Assembly: GCA_041690355.1 (NCBI GenBank)
Contig: JAWLHK010000017.1
Coordinates: forward strand, 62,001-92,474
Source of the DNA: a bacterium
GTDB taxonomy: Bacteria > J088 > JAWLBW01
Reading direction: 5' to 3'
Length of the DNA: 30,474 bases
In this document: positions 25,286 through 30,474 of the stretch, one piece after another
Layout: each line of letters begins with the position of its first letter
How positions within the stretch are numbered: position 1 is the first letter of the stretch
Translations under genes and position numbers: made by a program
Notes under the pieces: generated by a model
Seen by the model: the letters and a program-made list of their open reading frames with translations, nothing else
Told to the model about the DNA's origin: nothing
Databases searched by the model: none

Positions 25286-27700
25286 CTAGTGGGCCCAGGG
25301 GGAGGCGGCGGCGGTGGCCTGGCGAACGGCAACGGCGGGCTCGCGCAGGGGGAGCATGACCGTGAACGTCGAGCCTTGTCCCGGCCGGCTGGCGACCTCG
25401 ATTCGGCCGCCGTGTGCGTCGACGATCTGGCGCACGATATAGAGGCCCAGGCCGAGACCGCTCACGCTGCGGCCGGTACTGGCCCGCTCGAAACGCTGAA
25501 AGATTCGGCTCTGTTCTGCCAGCGGGATGCCGACGCCGCGATCGCGCACTTTGAGGATGGCGAGGTCGCCGTCGCTGCCGGCTTCAATGTCGATGGGTGC
25601 GCCGGCGCCGTATTTGAGTGCGTTGCTCACCAGGTTGGTCACGATCTGATCGATGCGCAACCGATCCCACTCCCCTTCGATCGGCGTCGGGGGAGCCGTG
25701 ATGGAAAAGGTGTTCGGCGGCGCGTCGCCGCGAAAACGGTCGACGACCGCGTCGACGAGCGGGGCGAGGTCGACGGGCTCGCGATGGAGCTGCAGGCGCC
25801 CGCCGCGGATGCGGGAGATGTCGAGCAGCTCGTCGACCAGACTGGCGAGCCGGTCAATCTGCTCGTCGGCGCGCGCGAGCATGCGGCAGAAGATGTCGCG
25901 CGTCGTCGCGGGCATCACATGTTCACACTGCGTCTGCAGAATCTCGATCTGCAGTTTCAAAGGGGTGAGAGGGGTCTTCAATTCGTGCGAGGCGATGGAG
26001 AGAAAATCATCGCGAACCTGTATGGCGGCGCGAGCGCGTTCATAGAGTTTTGCGTTATCCAGGGCCACGCCGAAGCGGGCGGCCAGGTCCTCAGCAACCC
26101 GCAGGTCCTCGTCGGTGAACAGGCGGGCCGTATCTCTGGTGCGCGCCAGTGCGAGGACACCCAGGTTGTGCCGTCGCGCCCGCAGTGGCACCACGAGCAG
26201 AGAAATGACACCGAGACCCTGGACGGCAGCGCGGGCGCCGGGGTTTTCGATACGCTGAAGGGTGTCAGAGCTGGTGAAGTCGCGTATGAAATATGGCCGT
26301 CCGCTGCGGCGTACCTCTTCGGCCATGCGTTGGGGATGGTCGGGATGGTCGCCGTGCCCGGCCGCCCGCCAGAAATCGGCGAGAATCCGCCGCAGCGTAT
26401 CGTTGCTGGCCACCTCGATGCGGCGCAGCTCTTTGGGCTCGGCAGGGTTGCCGAACTCGAGCATCGCCAGATCGGCCAGCGCCGGCACGGCGACCCGCAG
26501 CGTTTTCTCCATGGCCAGGCCCGGCTCTTCCTGCCCCAGCAGAGCGCCCGCCTGAGCGAGCAGTTCGAGATGATCTTCGCGCAGGCGGCGGGCCGTCGCG
26601 TCGCGGGTGATGACCGAAAAGCCGCGAATCATTCCGTCGGGGTCGCGCACGCAACGCACCGATTCCTCGGCCCAGAATTGCGAGCCGTCGCGGCGCAGGC
26701 GCCAGCCGCGCGCGTGGGCCACCGGATGCTCGCTCGCTTCGGTGAGCCATACGCGCGCCTGGGTGCGTTCGAGCAGGTCAGGGGGAAAGAGGTCTTCGAA
26801 GCGCCGTCCCTCGATTTCTTCGGCCCGGTAGCCGTAGACCCGGATTGCCCCCGGCGCCCAGTGCCGGATGCGCCCCTCGGCATCGAGGCCGAAGATGGCA
26901 TGGTCTTCGATGCTGTCGAACAGCTCCCGATAGCGGTGCTCCGTCGTCTCCAGCGCCTCGCGTGTCTGGAGCGTTCTGCGGAAGGAGAGGGCGAGCACGC
27001 CCGCGAGCAGAAAGGTGACGACACCCAGGGTGATCAGAAGGCGGATGCCGAGCGTTTCCCGCTCCGAAGCCGCGCGCAAGCGTGACTCCGCCACCGTCAG
27101 GTTCCACTCGGCGACCTGATCGAGCGCATTATGGACGGCGGCTCGCGATGGGTCGAGCCTCTGGACGAGCAGGTTCGCAATCTCCTGCGCACTCGATCCG
27201 TCACTCCGCTCCTGGATCACCGCGTCCTGATTACGACTGTGCACCGCCAGGGCCCGTTCCAGATCGGCGAGCAGCGGTTGCCCCGTTGCGTCCGGGCGCA
27301 TGATGAGCGCCAGATGTTCGAGCACCGTGTCGATTTCCGAGCGGATCGCGGGGAGCGTTCGCAAGCGGGCTTCGTCGCCGGTGACGAGATACATGCGCAC
27401 GTGGAAGGCGCCTTCTTCGGAGAGTGAACTCAGATGCCCCGTGGTCACGACGGCGCTGGTGGCCGGCACGACCTCACGTGTGCGGGCGCGCTGCGCCGAC
27501 TGGACAATCAGCAGCCCCCAGACGGCGGCCGCGGCCGCGACCAGGAGCAGCAGCGTGGCGCCGAACGTGAATTTCGTGCGTAAGGTCAAAGCGGAATTTT
27601 CCGGTTCGGCGTCCGACACCGAGCGGGGAGATCGAACGGCCTGTTCCCCGCTTCGTGCAGAGAATCCCGGGCGGCGATCGCACCTCGCGGCTGCAGACAC
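25286..27700 (-). CDS. membrane sensor histidine kinase (periplasmic helical domain, PAS, GAF, HisKA, HATPase)
   Basis: Two TM helices, PAS (RRDGSQFW), GAF (FTDEDL), ASHELKTPL, NLVSNALKY, DRGVG and GLGLGL motifs. GTG with GAAGGAG RBS. Confidence 0.92.
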   Translation of the reverse strand: MSAAARCDRRPGFSARSGEQAVRSPRSVSDAEPENSALTLRTKFTFGATLLLLVAAAAAVWGLLIVQSAQRARTREVVPATSAVVTTGHLSSLSEEGAFHVRMYLVTGDEARLRTLPAIRSEIDTVLEHLALIMRPDATGQPLLADLERALAVHSRNQDAVIQERSDGSSAQEIANLLVQRLDPSRAAVHNALDQVAEWNLTVAESRLRAASERETLGIRLLITLGVVTFLLAGVLALSFRRTLQTREALETTEHRYRELFDSIEDHAIFGLDAEGRIRHWAPGAIRVYGYRAEEIEGRRFEDLFPPDLLERTQARVWLTEASEHPVAHARGWRLRRDGSQFWAEESVRCVRDPDGMIRGFSVITRDATARRLREDHLELLAQAGALLGQEEPGLAMEKTLRVAVPALADLAMLEFGNPAEPKELRRIEVASNDTLRRILADFWRAAGHGDHPDHPQRMAEEVRRSGRPYFIRDFTSSDTLQRIENPGARAAVQGLGVISLLVVPLRARRHNLGVLALARTRDTARLFTDEDLRVAEDLAARFGVALDNAKLYERARAAIQVRDDFLSIASHELKTPLTPLKLQIEILQTQCEHVMPATTRDIFCRMLARADEQIDRLASLVDELLDISRIRGGRLQLHREPVDLAPLVDAVVDRFRGDAPPNTFSITAPPTPIEGEWDRLRIDQIVTNLVSNALKYGAGAPIDIEAGSDGDLAILKVRDRGVGIPLAEQSRIFQRFERASTGRSVSGLGLGLYIVRQIVDAHGGRIEVASRPGQGSTFTVMLPLREPAVAVRQATAAASPWAH

Positions 27701-27766
27701 GTGGTCTCCTTCAGCCTAACCCCGCACCACGACGCCGGCGCAGGACGGGGGGCCGGGGGGCGGGGG

Positions 27767-28537
27767 TCAGCGCAGGCGGAACTTGACGGGAATGGCGACG
27801 CGCACGGCAACGGGGGTACTGCCGGCCTTGGCGGGATTGTATTTCGTGCGCCGGATGGCGTCGAGCGCCGACCCGTCGAACGCATTGCCCATGCCGCGCT
27901 TGATGCGCACGTCGACGACGTCACCGCTGTCGGAAATATCGGCCTCGACGATGACCGTCCCCTCGACGCCGGCCTCCCGCAGATCAGGCGGGTAGTCCGG
28001 CGAGACCTGGTTGCGCACGGTGGGAAACGAGGTCACCTCGACGATGTTCGCCGGCACGAAGGGGGCCTTCTCGGGCTGATAGTATGGCTTCACGAGCGCG
28101 GGATCGGTGGGCCGCGTCTCGGGATCCTTCATGAGCGTGTTGCCGACCGGCGCCTCGAATTCCGCACCGTCGGCGACGGTCGATTCCTCGGTCAGCCCGA
28201 AAACCGGCTTCGGCGGGTCTTTCGGGGGATCGTCGACGGGGGTCGAGCGATTCGACGCGGGGAGCGGCGGCGGCGGCTTTTCAATCGGTTTCTGCACGAG
28301 TTCGGGCTTGCGAAACACCTGGGGTTTCGGCGGCTCGGGCTCCGGCGCGGGCGGCGGGGGCGGCTCGGGCTTGACGACTTCGAACTCGATGCGCTCGGCC
28401 GGCGCCTTGCGATCGGCCATGTGGCCGAGGCCCTGCAGAAAGAGCGCGTGACTGATCAGCGACCCGACGATGGCGGCGGGGAGAATCCACCGGGTACGGG
28501 AGGGCTCTTCTTCAGGGATCTCGAACGCCGCACGCAC
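27767..28537 (-). CDS. tonB: energy transducer TonB
   Basis: TM with SxxxH, Pro-rich spacer and C-terminal YP..REAGVEG.V domain. Confidence 0.88.
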   Translation of the reverse strand: MRAAFEIPEEEPSRTRWILPAAIVGSLISHALFLQGLGHMADRKAPAERIEFEVVKPEPPPPPAPEPEPPKPQVFRKPELVQKPIEKPPPPLPASNRSTPVDDPPKDPPKPVFGLTEESTVADGAEFEAPVGNTLMKDPETRPTDPALVKPYYQPEKAPFVPANIVEVTSFPTVRNQVSPDYPPDLREAGVEGTVIVEADISDSGDVVDVRIKRGMGNAFDGSALDAIRRTKYNPAKAGSTPVAVRVAIPVKFRLR

Positions 28538-28551
28538 CGCCGCCGCCCGCC

Positions 28552-28933
<382 letters not shown>

Positions 28934-28953
<20 letters not shown>

Positions 28954-29584
28954 CGCGGTCCTCTTTGCTCTTGAGGTGAACGAGCACGATGCGGCTGTAC
29001 GTGTCCATGTTCGCCTGGATGCGCTTGACGCGGCGCATGAAGTAGTTGAAGGCGATGACGGCCGGGATGGCCACGAACAGGCCGACGGCCGTGGCGATCA
29101 GGGCTTCGGAGATGCCGCGCATGACGACCGAGGGGCCGCCGGTGCCCGATTCGGCGAGGCTGTTGAAAGCGACGATGATGCCGAGGCAGGTGCCGAAGAG
29201 GCCGATGAAGGGCGCATTGTTCCCCAGCGTGCCCAGCACGGCGAGGTTGCGCTCGAGGCGGAACCGCTCCTGCAGCTGCACGCCGATCATCGCTTCCTCA
29301 GCGGCGGCGGCGCCGGCGTCGGCCTGGTCGAGCCCGGCGCGCACGACGACGGCCTCGGCGCTCTTCTGTTCGCGCAGCCACTCGCGGGCGCCCTTGACGT
29401 CGTTCTTGCCGAGGTAGTCGTTCAGCGCGTTCGCGAACGGGCCCGGCTTCACCTCATGGGCGCGGAAGAAGAAGAAGCGCTCGATCATGATGGCGACCGA
29501 AACGACGCTGGCCAGCAACAGCAGATAAAGGACCCACTCCCCGCCCGATAGGGTGATCTTCAGCAAAAAATCAACAATATCCAT
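28934..29584 (-). CDS. exbB: ExbB/TolQ/MotA family proton channel
   Basis: APFIGLFGT and [19 protein letters not shown] motifs. Start ATG 29584 (MDIVDF). Confidence 0.9.
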
Positions 29585-29613
29585 ACCCTGCGCATCCCTC
29601 ACATGAAAAAGGC

Positions 29614-29666
29614 ATTGTAACTGGTTTCTCCCACGGCTGTCACCATGGGACGGCGATAATTGTCGC
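29614..29666 (-). promoter_or_regulatory. putative exbB promoter with upstream palindrome
   Basis: GTGACA-N18-TACAAT (29643-29614). Imperfect palindrome GCGATAATTGTCGC at 29653-29666. Confidence 0.5.
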
Positions 29667-29829
29667 ACCCCGGCCTGCGGACGTGCGCCGGCCCGATCCC
29701 GTGACTGTGCCTGAGTCGGTTATCGCCACGCAAGGTATCGGCGGCCTTCGGGTGGGCGTTTGGTTTACCAGGCGGCGATTGTGATTTCGGGTGTACGCAT
29801 GCGGAGGGGGGGAGTGGGAGAGTGGGGGA

Positions 29830-30012
29830 GGGGGGGACGAAGCAAGGGCAAACGTGCTTCCGCGGGGTTCTCGTTGCCGGAGGCGCGCGGGTCACGCGAG
29901 AACACTGTCCCCCCGAGCGGCAGCGAGGGGGCTATCGTGGTGCACAGGAGCACGAAACGCCAGAATTGGCTCCCCGGGCGCCCAAGCGTTCACGTGATCG
30001 CCGCGCGCCGTG
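29830..30012. repeat. 183-bp direct repeat, copy 1
   Basis: Matches 30292-30474 with 3 substitutions; period 462 bp. Confidence 0.95.
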
Positions 30013-30291
30013 AAGGACGAGGGTGCGCAGGCGGCGTCTCCCCGGACCAGACCCCGCAAGCTTCTCGCGGTGAGCCGACGGAGCGCAGTGGAACCTCTCC
30101 GTTTGTCGGGGTAACCTCCGCTCGACGTGGGAACGCGAGCGTGCGTTCTCGATGTGCACGGAGCAGCGCGGTGAGCACGGGTTTTCTCCGGCGCTCACGG
30201 GACCCCCGGCGCCCTCACGCTGTCGGCGCTTCCGGCTGGTCGCGCCCGGCATCTCGGACGGGACTGGGGGGCATGGGGAGCAGGGGGGACT

Positions 30292-30474
30292 GGGGGGGAC
30301 GAAGCAAGGGCAAACGTGCTTCCGCGGGGTTCTCGCTGCCGGAGGCGCGCGGGTCACGCGAGAGCACTGTCCCCCCGAGCGGCAGCGAGGGGGCTATCGT
30401 GGTGCACAGGAGCACGGAACGCCAGAATTGGCTCCCCGGGCGCCCAAGCGTTCACGTGATCGCCGCGCGCCGTG
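30292..30474. repeat. 183-bp direct repeat, copy 2 (runs to the window edge)
   Basis: Matches 29830-30012; may extend beyond the window. Confidence 0.95.

Noticed and set aside
29669-29700. Group II intron domain V-like GCACGTCCG on the minus strand
   Set aside because: No complete DV helix, no DVI and no RT ORF; a chance partial match.
29590-29830. Cobalamin or other riboswitch upstream of exbB
   Set aside because: No B12-box or GGGAA/GCCACTG core, and no other riboswitch consensus recognised on either strand. An Rfam scan would settle it.
29839-29900. c-di-GMP-I riboswitch suggested by GGGCAAAC
   Set aside because: Lacks the GNRA-capped P2 with the following GACGCAAAG segment and the P3 elements.
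29599-30415. Short ORFs 29599-29895, 29765-29953, 29932-30357 and 30215-30415 with identical N-termini
   Set aside because: The similarity comes from the DNA direct repeat. They have no RBS, low complexity and diverge outside the repeat.

Overview
GC-rich bacterial chromosomal window. The gene set (DUF6178-like protein, HEAT/HD-GYP pair, PilT paralogue, myxobacterial-type ExbB) suggests a Deltaproteobacteria/Myxococcota-like organism; this is inference. Most of it is housekeeping or envelope genes: a truncated LVIVD-repeat lipoprotein with a consensus sigma-54 promoter, sodB, enoyl-CoA hydratase, rsmE-RDD, plsC, a BtuF-like binding protein, gyrA-TPR lipoprotein-aroC, DUF6178-like-RsmB, a PAP2 protein, HEAT + HD-GYP, an ABM protein, PilT-redoxin-hydrolase, a CNNM/CorC protein, a PAS/GAF histidine kinase and exbB-exbD-tonB. 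The best candidate for an undescribed system is 14573-16617. There, a probably leaderless Cys/His-rich exported leader ORF ends in PPPRG, and its stop codon overlaps a perfect 9-nt anti-Shine-Dalgarno for the next gene about 210 nt downstream. It precedes a YtkA/FixH-like lipoprotein and a Cys-Cys-tipped outer-membrane barrel, consistent with a CutF/CruR-type metal-sensing ribosome-stalling switch on an unusual cargo. Also notable are an N-terminal domain shared by the HEAT and HD-GYP proteins, same-strand composite heptamer/hairpin intergenic repeats, and a structured 183-bp direct repeat at the right edge. No rRNA, tRNA, CRISPR array or transposase was recognised. All calls are by eye, with no database searches.
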